A stretch of DNA of 64,000 nt from Eledone cirrhosa. Taxonomy: Eukaryota. The notes below the pieces were generated by a model. That model made no database searches. It had not been told where the DNA came from and was given only the letters and a program-made list of their open reading frames with translations. Every line of letters begins with the position of its first letter. Position 1 is the first letter of the stretch. The DNA lies in assembly GCA_964016885.1 (NCBI GenBank), contig OZ024742.1, positions 297,724,001 through 297,788,000 on the forward strand, in the 5' to 3' direction. This document shows, one piece after another, positions 30,863 to 42,715 of this stretch. Made by a program: the position numbers and the translations under genes.

Positions 30863-31049
30863 CTAGATAGGAAGTGATAAAGGAATACAATGTTAAAATA
30901 ATGATAACAGAAACATGTTAAAACCAATCATATATTATTCATTGTTAAATGAAAAGTGAATACAGGTACATCACTGATCTTTATCGAATGCCTTTGGTTC
31001 TAGACCCATGCTGAATTATCTGAACTAACACGTCATACAATAATAACAG

Positions 31050-31270
31050 TTTTTAATTTAGGTATAAGGCCAGCAATTGTAGGGGAGAAAATAGTCAATT
31101 AAATTGATTAAATATGGTACACTGTACTTAACTGGTACTATATTTTATTGACTCCATAAGGATGAAAGGCAAAGTTGACCTTGGCAGAATTTGAAATCAG
31201 AATGTAGAGTTGGAACAATTATATTGAAGCATCTTTCCAACATGTTACCTGTTCTGCAAGTTTGCCATCC
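31050..31270 (-). mobile_element. Same SINE family
   Basis: aaggatgaaaggcaaagttgaccttggcagaatttgaa core. Confidence 0.78.
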
Positions 31271-31836
31271 TTAGGTTATGTCATATCAATTCATAGTAAA
31301 CTGCACCCACATTATTTTTTTTTTACAACACGTTTTCAAAATACATTATGAAAGTGGAAACACTCTCTCTACATTCAAACTAAATATAATGGTACAAATG
31401 TTTTGATACTTGAACTATGTTTTGAAGCAATAGCTAGGGATGAAGTGAAGTAGGATATGAATTTCTGTAATTCACCAGAGCTGCAACAACAGATGATATC
31501 AGGACATTGTAAATAGTGTCATCTGTTGTCACCTAGTAAAATACTTTGGTTGGTCACATGAAATTCAAGAGTCCATTCTGTACCTTAAGAAACCACATTT
31601 GCAAGACATTCTTGAAAAGTATAAAATGGCTGCATCACATTAAAAATTAAAGTCTTTACTCTAATATTGAAAATTTCCACAACTATCTGTACATTTGAAT
31701 TAACAAACGTTTTTCAAATATGTTTTCTGCTAAATCATTACAATTTGTTACAATTGACATGAGATGTCAGATCCTCAATTATCAGAAAATAGGTGATGTA
31801 ATGTATTTCTTTGTTTTGTTTCATTTGTATACATAC

Positions 31837-31957
31837 CTGCCTAAAGAATTCTTCTAAAAGCAAATCTGTCCATTTCTTATGCATACTCCATTCTTTGGCA
31901 GGATGGCTGATATCAGCACAGTGCAACACAAGGGATAAAGCTTTGGATTTTTCAATG
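31837..31957 (-). CDS. PDE1: PDE1 coding exon
   Basis: tttgcAG|C...CAG|GTatgt; 121 nt, phase 2-0; IEKSKALSLVLHCADISHPAKEWSMHKKWTDLLLEEFFRQ; LH.ADISHPAK is PDE1-characteristic. Confidence 0.97.
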
Positions 31958-34789
31958 CTGCAAAAGTAATAATTTTAAAATATCTTGTTAATTCATATTT
32001 CTAAAGGATATTGGGTTTTCTTTTTGCATTAAATGTTTTTTGACTACAATGGTATTTTGACAGATATTTCACAGATACATTCTGATATTTTATCACATTT
32101 CTATATTCATTTGTAATAACAGTTAAGAGATTATTCAATGAAAAAACTGTGATAATATGAGGCAGAGAAGAACCTTTCGTCTTGCCAAGGACTTAACAAG
32201 TTCTCTAATGCTAGTGCTTTGATATGGTAGAATACCTTTAGTATAGAACAGTTGAACAAAGACAATATAAGTTTGAGATGATCTAATCTTGTCAAGGACA
32301 AATGGAACGTATACCCAAGGTGTGATTCATTGATCCATTTAGAAAGACAATAACCATCAATAAGAACTAATTTTAATTGTGACCAACTGTCCAAATTATG
32401 CCAGCATAGAGACAATCTTGGTTAAGGATGGAATTAAATATGAATGGTATGTATTAATGCAATTTATCATGGAACCAAGAATTCCCCATTACAGAATGTA
32501 CAGGATGCATTTTGTAAGGCACCAGCACTAACATTTTAAAGAGTTTATCAAGTGCATTTTAGCATGACACTGGTATTTCCATTTTCCTGAGTTTACAAGA
32601 TGTATTTTATTGCGGTAGAGTGCACCATAGTAGTGATGATACCACAATAAAATGTACCCAGTACACACTGTACAGAAACAGTGTGGTGCTATAAAAATGC
32701 ACAAATATTTATAGCCACATTTAATACCATACTAAATAATGATCATTTCAACAAATACTTTTCCTCTTCAGAAATGTATCCTATGTTTTCTGATGTTTTA
32801 TCTTTCTCCTAATCAAATATAATATTGCAGAATAAAGAAAAAATAAAAGATTGCTTATTTTAAATTCATCATTGTGTATATGCTAATTATTATAGTGTTT
32901 AGACGATACACTTCAAGTTTTATTTTTGTAGCATTAAGGAGTTGTTAATAGACACATATATGTTTATGGAAAGGCACTTCAAAGAACATAATGGTAACCG
33001 TATTGCATCGTTTCATGTCTAAGAGAAAAGAAATATGACAAAACGCTCTGGTTAAACCTGGAAATTTAATACAAAAGCAACTGGAGGATAGCAAAAAAAT
33101 GTAGACCCAATATCAATAGAAATAGGAAATGTGGACTCTGCATGCAGAGATCTGGCTAATTCTTAAGAACTCATTAGATCCTAATGCTTGTTTTAATACC
33201 AGAAACAAATTACGAAACCCTGCTTGCACAGCAGAAAATCTTTCCTTCATTTCTAGTTTCCACACAACCAGATACCCACAGATTATCTTGACAGATAAAC
33301 AGGAAAATAGACTCGATATCGAATTGAGAAAAAAATACTCATACTGAAATGCTGTATCAGAAATTAATACAACACAAAGAGGAATGTTTTTTTCCATGCG
33401 TTGCTTCCCTTGGATCAGATAAAAAAAGTTTTTGCAAGTGATTAAATGCTGGAAGCATACTTCAAAGGAACTGAATTTGATGGTTGATTTGGAATGAATC
33501 TGCAACATAAACCTCTGAGTATTCTACAAAAATATATGCTTAGTTACTATACATTAAATAAGAGCGATTTTTCTGTCATAATTACGAATTCATACTCAGA
33601 TAATGCATATACATACATACTCATACATACATAAGCATATACATACATACTTTAGATGATGTATGTATATGCTTATGTACAAATATAAATGTACATATAC
33701 ACATATACATATATGTTCATACATATATATGTGTGTATATATATATATATATATAAACATATATAGCCTTAATTTTGTTCTGTTTTGGCTAATATATAAT
33801 CAAATACGAGCAACCATATCAACTTGCTTCTGTTTTCACTAATTAAATAAATAACACAGCTCTGTTATATTCAATTGAAGAGAGTTGTTTGACCCTAGGC
33901 CCATTTTTCTTGCTGCTAAACTAATATAATAGAACAAATCACCAAATATACTGGATAGTTATAAGTCTGCTTCAGCTACTGTAAGCACCAAATCTATTTA
34001 AGATATCAACTGTATCTACCAAGATGTTTTGCTATCAATTATAAACATTGAGACCAATTACCATTCTTCATTTTCCTCTCATCGTTTCACAATAACCAAC
34101 CATTTATTGAATTCCCATTAAAGATAGCATTGGCCGAAAACGCAATACTAACTAACCACAGCAGCTGTGTTAGACCCCAGAGATTTTGTATTACTTTTTG
34201 CTACCCAATTCTATAATTTCAAAAATTCTTATTTAGTATCTTCTATTCTCAACTTATTAACCTATTCTATAGCATTGGCTGAAAAAGCAACACCAACTAA
34301 TTATAGCAGCTGTTTTAGACTCCACAGTTTTTGTTTTTTTATCACTTCTTACTATCCAATTTTATATTTTTATATATCTTTCTCTTATCTTTTTATTATC
34401 TCCTAATCTCAATTATTTACCTATTCTATAACGTCCCTCCTCTATTTTCTCCAGAACCCTTTTTCGCCTACTTCCTCTGGCCTACTTTCATACACAATCC
34501 TTAGAATTTGATGTATAGATTTTACTTTCAACGCTTGACCGGCTCCACCCACGCCCTCATTGCTCTACAGGCAAGTTAAACCACCCCCACCTTCCACCCA
34601 CTGTCATGATAGACTTAATTGTGTTTACAAGAATTTTTTACCAATCCTCTTGACAACTACAATCTTCCCATATAAGGAAGGACCCCTTGAAAAGTTCAGC
34701 TATTTATTTACCAGGCTAAAAATTCTAATTTAGTCCAGAAATAGCTGTCAAAACGGCTTGAGCTCTGCCGTCGGGGTCATACATTTTCC

Positions 34790-34824
<35 letters not shown>

Positions 34825-37361
34825 TCTATTTTCTATTGACAGTCATAAGAATGAGTACTCATTATCATTGTACATAATATCTATTTATTATTGGCTTGTC
34901 TGTCTGTCTCACTCACTCTGTCTCTCTCTATATGTATATGTGTGTGTGTGTATGAAAACTTAGCATAAAAGGAATTGAATGTAGTGTGCAAGAAAAAACT
35001 GTGTTGGTATGAACATGTGATGTATATGGAAGGTAGCAGCTGCATAAAGAAATGCAGAGAATCCCAGTGGCTGGATCTCATGAAACAGGCAAACCCAGAG
35101 AGATTTGTGAAGACCAAATTTAAGAAGCTAAACCTCACAACAGAGTTGTCAAATGACTGGCAGAGCTGTTGCTATGCTGCACTGATGAAGACCCAGCAAC
35201 AAGCATATGATATGACCTGAGCCATCCTTGTTTCTCCCATACCTCTAGCAGTTTTCAGCAGCTATCCTCACCGCCACTGCAAGCCCACCATCCATGTCCT
35301 TTCCAATATCACTCTTTAGCCCGCTAAAGCCCTTAGATACTTATACCCCCACTCATCATACATCCATTACTTCATACGTACCTCCCTTCTCTCACAAACT
35401 CCGAATCTCACAGAGCAGAAAGGGCATCAGTTGGGATGATGTCCAACAACTTCTCTTGTGATGATGCCATGAAAATGCACTTGGCTCACTTGCCAAACAA
35501 ATGGTTGGGAGACCATTTAGTTGTGTCAAGGAAGTTTAAACCTCCCTAGTGTTGGTAATCTACAGGATAAATGTACCCAGTATATGTTGTAAACTTGTTG
35601 GTAATAGAAATGGCATCCAGCCATAGAAAGTGTGCCAAACAGAGGGTTGGGAAGACCGTTCTGTTGTGTCAAAACATGACAACCTTTTTAGTGCTGTTGT
35701 CATTAGAATATGCACCCTCTCTCTTATTTATGCAGCTCCATCTGCCAGTAATGAACCCAATTCTCCTCAGCAAAATAATTTCAACTTCCAGTTTAGTAAG
35801 CTAATAAACCTAGCTTTTGACACTACTTTCTCTGACCACATTAAGAAAATTACAAAGCCTGCCTTTTCCACTATATAATCAACAGTTATGTTAAATCATG
35901 TTACAGGTCATCACACTTGCTGCTTTGGATATTTCCACAATGATTCTATGCTGAAAATATATTTAGTGATTTATTTACTGATTGCAAAAAACCAAATATG
36001 TAAGTTAATGATTGAATTTGAATAAAACTGTGATCCCTTAAGCTTCAGTAATGTGACTTTCTGAGGTTGGCACCATAAGTGACTGTTTAGTTGGTCTTGT
36101 TGGTAGTGCTGCTCCTGGCTATATGTATCTGTGGTACACATTAGATGGATTATACCTGTAAATCAAATGTCCAGCCTTGTCACACATTGTGTAACACTGA
36201 GTCAGTTTGGGAAATTATTTTAATGGTATACGAGTGAAATATTTAGTTGGTCAAACAAGTGAATGTTCATTGTTGAAGATAATGGAGGATTTATTATAAG
36301 ATATAAAAAGTAGTCCGAGCTCCAAACATACAAAATATCACAAAACAACAAAAGATAATATATATAATATAGTGAACAAAACTTCCTATAATATATTATG
36401 CCAGAACTGCCATCTTATAGCACAATACCACTAATGTATACAATATAGTGACCAATAAAAAAGGTAAAGTAAACATTTGTGATCATCAAAGGAAAAACAT
36501 TTTATGTATTTTTTTTAATATCTAGATTATCAAGATTAGTATGTCTCAGATATGAATATGTGATAATATAGCCAACACATTGTAGAAAAACTGGTTTGAT
36601 ACATTTATATATATACTCAGCATTTGTTGTATTGTATGTACTATATAGATTTCCTTGTTAATGTTTTAACCCTTTTGATACTGAAAAACCGGAAACCACA
36701 CCTGATTTTACAATATTAAGCTGTTTGTTTTACAATGTTTATATTTATCACAAACCTCACATTATATGATGATAGCTTTTAGATCTTAGGTTATAATTAA
36801 ATTAAATGAAGTCTAATATATTGTTGTTTAGATATTATAGGAGTGTTTACATAATTTTTAGATTAGATGAAACTATAAACATATTAAATTGGCAGTATCA
36901 TTGACAAGTTTCCTTCATCTAAATGACACAGGTGGCACATGTTAAAGGTCCCTTGCATAATTTAATACAGTGGTTCTCAAAGTAGGCGCTACCACACTCC
37001 AAGGGTTAGGGGCGTTGGGACCTATTATGTAATAAATTTTAAGCTATCTTTAAAATTCTTCATTATTTTTACGATGATTTGAAAATAATCAATAGTCCTC
37101 TTCTTTTGAAATATGGTAATGAAGGAATTAATCTTAGCTATGGATTAACTTCAATTTTTTAATTCAGTAAGTTATTTTCAGATTTGCACAATTTATGATT
37201 AATTATGTTACTTGTCAAATAAGAGAGTCCAGTCAGTCAAGAAACATTCTAAAGTAGTCTTCATTTACTGTTTTGTTATGGATGGAAAGACATGGCTTAT
37301 GACATCTTTTCAGGGTCCTTATATATATATATCTGTCTGTGTGTGTGTGTGTGTATATATG

Positions 37362-37397
<36 letters not shown>

Positions 37398-37474
37398 ATT
37401 GGTGTTGGATGCTTAAAGCGTCCGTATGCAGTAGGCTGTATGAGCACTCGATGTTCTCATAGAGCAGAGTTTGC

Positions 37475-37846
37475 TATCACAGAAAAAAAGAGAATCAGTG
37501 TTGCGACGAATGGAATTTATTGGACATATTACAATCGTTTCTCTGCCGACCAGCTCGAGGCACGATCGATTTGATGATCGAACCTGACTCTGAAAATCGC
37601 AAGGTCCTCAGATACATCTTGATTCTACAAAGCAGATTTTCCTAGAATCAAGGTGTATCTGAGGACCATACGATTTTCAGAGTCAGATTTTTGTAGAATC
37701 AAGACGTATATGAGGACCTTGCGATTTTCAAAGTCAGGTTCGATCATCAAATCAATCGTGCCTCGAGCTGGTCACCAGAGAAACGATTGTAATATGTCCA
37801 ATAAATTCCATTCGTCGCAACACTGATTCTCTTTTTTTCTGTGATA
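37475..37846. repeat. Inverted repeat with about 157-bp arms
   Basis: 37475-37631 pairs with 37690-37846 with few mismatches; the spacer holds an extra partial arm (37643-37686). Confidence 0.92.
37523..37618 (-). ncRNA. Hammerhead motif with extended stem II (family C), sense to the PDE1 pre-mRNA
   Basis: GAUGUAU-CUGAGGA-[63 nt]-GAAAC-gauu-GUA^AUAUGUC; stem I 7 bp with 2 G-U pairs; minimal stem III. Confidence 0.5.
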
Positions 37847-38203
37847 TATATATATTTATTTATTTATTTGTATATATACACACATACATATACACATCAG
37901 GTTTTTGCAGTTTCTGTTGACCAAATTTCACTCACTCACAAATCATTGGTCAATCTGAGATTATGGTAGAAGACACTTGTCTAAGATGTTGCAGAATGGA
38001 AGTGAATCTAAAACTACATGGGTGTGAAGCAAAGTCTTTCATTATACAGCCATATCTACACTATTGTCTACTAAAAGAAATAATATGTCACTTTATCAAC
38101 ATCTCTCTCAACTGATAATATTCAAAGATTGAAATACCTTCTGTAAGGTTTGTTTATGTTATAGTCTCTAATATATTCATCTGAAATTGTATTCTCATTT
38201 TAT

Positions 38204-38418
38204 TTAACCCTTTAGCATTTACATTACTTTACATTTACCCTTGTATTTTCCCAGTAAAGGCTTTACCTCACATAATTATCTCACATAATATTGAATCTAT
38301 GAGATTTTGATATTATTTATTTTGAGAACAATACCTTAACATCAGTATGAGCAGTCGATTATGGTCGGTTTGGACAAAAAGAGGTGAGAGAATTCTGACC
38401 AGATATGGCTGGTTTAAA
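38204..38418. mobile_element. MITE, second copy
   Basis: Colinear with 29739-29940 (aaaggctttacctcacataat...gaggtgagagaattctg). Confidence 0.7.
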
Positions 38419-38643
38419 CATGTTTGAAACAAACAACATAGATAACAAGTTATCACAATTAATTTTAACACAATCTTTACAAATTTCATGTTCCAGCTGG
38501 TGTTAAAGAATTACAAGTGTGATGTAGAAAGACATGATTATAAATTTATGATTTTAATTCATACATTAGATTTTTAATTTTTTTAATTTTAATAATATCC
38601 TAATGGAAATGAATGCAATAATAATAATTCTTTCTAACATAAT

Positions 38644-39182
38644 GATTTTTAATTTTGACACAAGGTTAGCAATTTTGGAGTGAGGAAAGTTGATTTAAAC
38701 CCAGCAATTTATGAGAAACACTTTTTATTAAACCTTGAAGGATGAAAGTAAAAGATAACCTCAGTGAAATCTGAACTCAGAAAATAAAAAGTTAGAACAC
38801 AGCATTTTCTCTAATGATTCTGATAATCAACTACACTAATAAAAATAATAATAATAATAATAATTGTTTCTACTTTTATTCTACTAATTATTCCAGTGCA
38901 TTATTGGTACTTCCTTTTATTGACCCCGTAAGGATGAAAGGCAAAATTAAGCTCGGCAGGATTTGAATTCAGATCATAAAGGAACGTAACTCTATGCTTC
39001 AAAGCATGGTGTCCAACTCTCTACCGATACTGCCAATCTACTGCCCTATAATAATTATAATAATAATAATTGTTTCTACTTTAGGCACAAGGCCAGCAAA
39101 TACCCAGTGCATTACTGGTACTTTATTTTATCGACCCCGTAAGGATGAAAGGCAAAGTCAACCTCGGCGGGATTTGAACTCA
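38644..39182 (-). mobile_element. Three tandem copies of the same SINE
   Basis: About 38644-38835, 38864-39046 and 39070-39182, separated by (AAT)n. Confidence 0.82.
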
Positions 39183-39519
39183 ATTATAATAATAATAATG
39201 CCATATACACACTAATAGACATTGCAACACCCTCTGACTAAAATATTGCTTAAAAAGAAAAGAAAACTGTCAAAATACAAGGATCTTGAAATTGAAATAT
39301 ATATGGTGTGGGACATGAATTGTAAAAAGAGTGTGAGGAACAATTAGAGCACTGGGTATGATAAAACAAAATATGAACAAAAATAGATTTGCTTGGAACA
39401 ACACACCTCTTGAATAAGATCCAGTTGGATGCACTGCCTAACACCAGCTTTATACTATAGAGATATGATGTCTTACAACATGTATAAAACAGTTATTTGT
39501 AGATATTCAAGATACTTAC

Positions 39520-39621
39520 CCTTCTGTCAGAGTGAGTATACTTTTCATGTTTTTGATTTGCTGGAAATGAAAGGACATGTCGGTGGCCAAAACCATGTCT
39601 ATCAGCAGACTCCGGAATTCT
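39520..39621 (-). CDS. PDE1: PDE1 coding exon
   Basis: tttccAG|A...GG|GTaagt; 102 nt, phase 2-2; EFRSLLIDMVLATDMSFHFQQIKNMKSILTLTE(G), with the VLATDMS.HF motif. Confidence 0.96.
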
Positions 39622-40251
39622 CTGGAAAAAAATATTCAGAAAATGATAAAAGTTGAAGATGAATTTTAAATACAATAAACATTCCATTTTACATGATAGT
39701 GATACTAGTAGTAGTTTAAATTGTTTAAAAAAATTGTTGAAGTTCATTATGTGTATAAACCCTTGTAGAAGGAAAAACAACTGTTAAATGATATATATAT
39801 ATATCATCATCATCATCATCGTTTAACATCCATTTTCCACGGTAGCATAGGTTAGATGGGTCATCCTATTTGAGGCAAGTTGGGTTAGGTACCAATATAA
39901 GCACTGAGCTGTTGACGAATGGGAGAATGAGTACTCAATACTGATGTAGAATTGAAAATATTCTTTATTATGGCTAACTGATGAATTTTGTTACTCGGAA
40001 GTTTCACATGTGTACTCCAGAGTAATATGACTCATCACTAAGTCATGATAAAGAATATTATGTATAAATATATATATATATTAATTAAAACAACAGAAGG
40101 CCAGACTAGATGTATCCCATGTGATTCAACATCAATGATGGATAAGTTACATAATGTAGAGTGCTTTTATTACTAATATATGATGGTTAACTAAAGAGAA
40201 TGACCAGTTCTATCCATTCATGAATCACACAGCATAAATGTGTGTGTATAG

Positions 40252-40283
<32 letters not shown>

Positions 40284-41975
40284 CACAAAAAAAACAGTAT
40301 AAGAGAATAAGACAATACAATAATTGTTTAATAGAGTTGGAAATGAGTCTTAATGTTTCTGATGCTAGTCCTTCAGAGAAGTAAATCCTGGGGTTACCAA
40401 TACAAAAGAACAATGTAAGACTACGTAGAATAAAGTGTCTAAAGAGCAAAGCTGAGTATGGACATTTTTTTACAGAAATAGCTGCCAAATGTTTCCCAAA
40501 TCATATTGTTTCTGTAAACATATACAATAGCCTCATGTCTTATATGGTCAACTAATTCACCAATCCCTTGAATTATTATAAAAATACATATGTTCAAGGC
40601 CCTTATAAAAAAAGTGTCTGGGAAAAGAATCATAATGGAAGGGGTTAAAGTGTTCTCTCTTACAATAGAACGTACAGTTTTATGCAGAACATGACATTAA
40701 GAGCTTTCCAGTTTTTTAGAAGTTCAAAAAACAATTTTATGAGACTGCTTATGTTCAAAGCTGCATGATTTAAATTCATATTTGCTGCAGGCCTACCATG
40801 TATCACCATCATTATAATCATCATCACCTCAATCATCATCATTAACAATGTCTGATTTTCATGCCCAAAAGGTATAACAAAACATTACAGATGATTATGG
40901 TAAATATTTGAATATTCATATTTATTTTTCATGGTCACCTCTGTTAATTAATATCCTTCATAGAATTGATATTGCTTTGCTAGAATAATGCATTAATTGC
41001 AAACTATCTGTAAAAAATATAAACTGCTCCATCTGAAGAATAAATTTTAAACTGATGTTTAAAAATTTGTTATTAGTGGAAAATGGATGTTAAACGACAA
41101 TGGTGATGATGATGATTATGATGAGGTCTAGGGTTTGGTCCCATTTTACGTAATCTTTACCATAGCCTTGGGTTGATTTAAGTCATATGAGTGAAAGTGG
41201 TTAGATGGAAACTGTATGGAAGACTATCTGATGGACTATACTTAAAATTCATAGATCTAGACTTGTTACATTGTCTTAAAATGCTTCTTTTTCTTGTTTG
41301 AAGTGAGAGAAGCAGAGTTTGATTAATAGTAAAGGCAGTACAGTGAGTTGCTTAAAGTGATTGTAAAGTGTACCTGGCTTGTGGATTTTGTCATGGATAC
41401 ATGTGGCTGTGGAATATTCAGCCTCTTGTATATTAATTAGTGAGTTGGACATTGAGTTGATTAAACAAGTGAATGCTCATTGTAGAAAGTGATGGAGAAG
41501 CCATCATCAATTAAAAATTAATCCCAGCTCCCAATAGACAAAAGATCAACAATAAACAAAGGATAATATATATAATATGGTCAACAATATGAATTCCCTG
41601 CTTCAGTCCCACTGTGTGGTATCATGGCCAGGGGTGAACCTAATTTTGTGAGTGAAATATGTAGAATGGGACTGAAAACTGCATGGAAACCCATTGGAAC
41701 GTTTGTACCTGTGCCCCCAAATGTTTACATTTGCCTTATGTTGCGACATGCTGATTTGGCTAGGGTAAAGTGTTAAGTGAAATACCCAGCCACTTATACA
41801 TTAATTAATGAGGTGAATAATCAGTTTATCAAATAATTGAATGTGCATCATCACAACTGACAGAGAAGCAATATCACTGTCACCATCATCATGATGAATG
41901 TACATTAATAAGTCTCAATTTTGAACAGATGATTAATTGAGTTTTATCAATGTTCTTTCATAATGGGACTTGTAT

Positions 41976-42168
41976 CATTCTTGCTGTTATGTTGGCATGT
42001 AAACAGAACTGATGACACTGTTCACCTGCCAAACTGTCAGAGCTAGTGAAAATATATGCTAGCTCTGACAGTTTAGCAGGTGAACAGTGAGCTATACTAA
42101 TGAAGGGTGATACCCAGAAACATTAGTGTCTGCAGTTCTGTTTGCATGCCAACATAAGAGCAAGAATG
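41976..42168. repeat. Nested inverted repeat
   Basis: Outer arms cattcttgc...gaactg / cagttc...gcaagaatg; inner arms cactgttcacctgc.aaactgtcagagctag / ctagctctgacagttt.gcaggtgaacagtg. Confidence 0.88.
42092..42135 (+). ncRNA. Degenerate hammerhead motif (family D)
   Basis: cuaua-CUAAUGA-aGGGugauaCCCa-GAA-ACA-uuag-UGU-C^ugcag; G5A in the core, so probably inactive. Confidence 0.45.
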
Positions 42169-42327
42169 AAGTGTTCATTCTACTGACATGGCTATAAAAT
42201 TGAGGCTTGTGTGCATAATTGCAAATGAATGGAATGTTATTATTAATATTTGAAAACCTCAGATTACATTTATATATATGTACATATATATAATGTATAT
42301 ATATATATAATGTATATATATATTATA

Positions 42328-42358
<31 letters not shown>

Positions 42359-42374
42359 ATGTATATATATATTA

Positions 42375-42416
<42 letters not shown>

Positions 42417-42473
42417 TATATATATATATATACATATATATAAATGTAATCTGAGTTTTTCGAATATTAATAA

Positions 42474-42608
42474 TTGTTTCTACTTTTGGCACAAGGCCAT
42501 CAATTACCCAGTACATTACTGGTACTTTATTTTATCGACCCCGTAAGGATGAAAGGCAAAGTTAACCTCGGCGGGATTTGAACTCAGAATGGCAAGGGCC
42601 GTAACTCT
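42474..42608 (-). mobile_element. Same SINE family, 5'-truncated
   Basis: Nearly identical to 11276-11410; similar truncated copies at 26929-27017 and 49219-49310. Confidence 0.82.
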
Positions 42609-42640
42609 AACATTCAATTCATTTGCAATTATGCACACAC

Positions 42641-42703
<63 letters not shown>

Positions 42704-42715
42704 CACACATATATA

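Noticed and set aside
32130-33510. ORFs with faint RT similarity (KII...LVVWKLE...QAGFR); likewise an R4-like trace at 60750-61020
   Set aside because: Probably very old LINE debris, too decayed to bound or classify from sequence alone.
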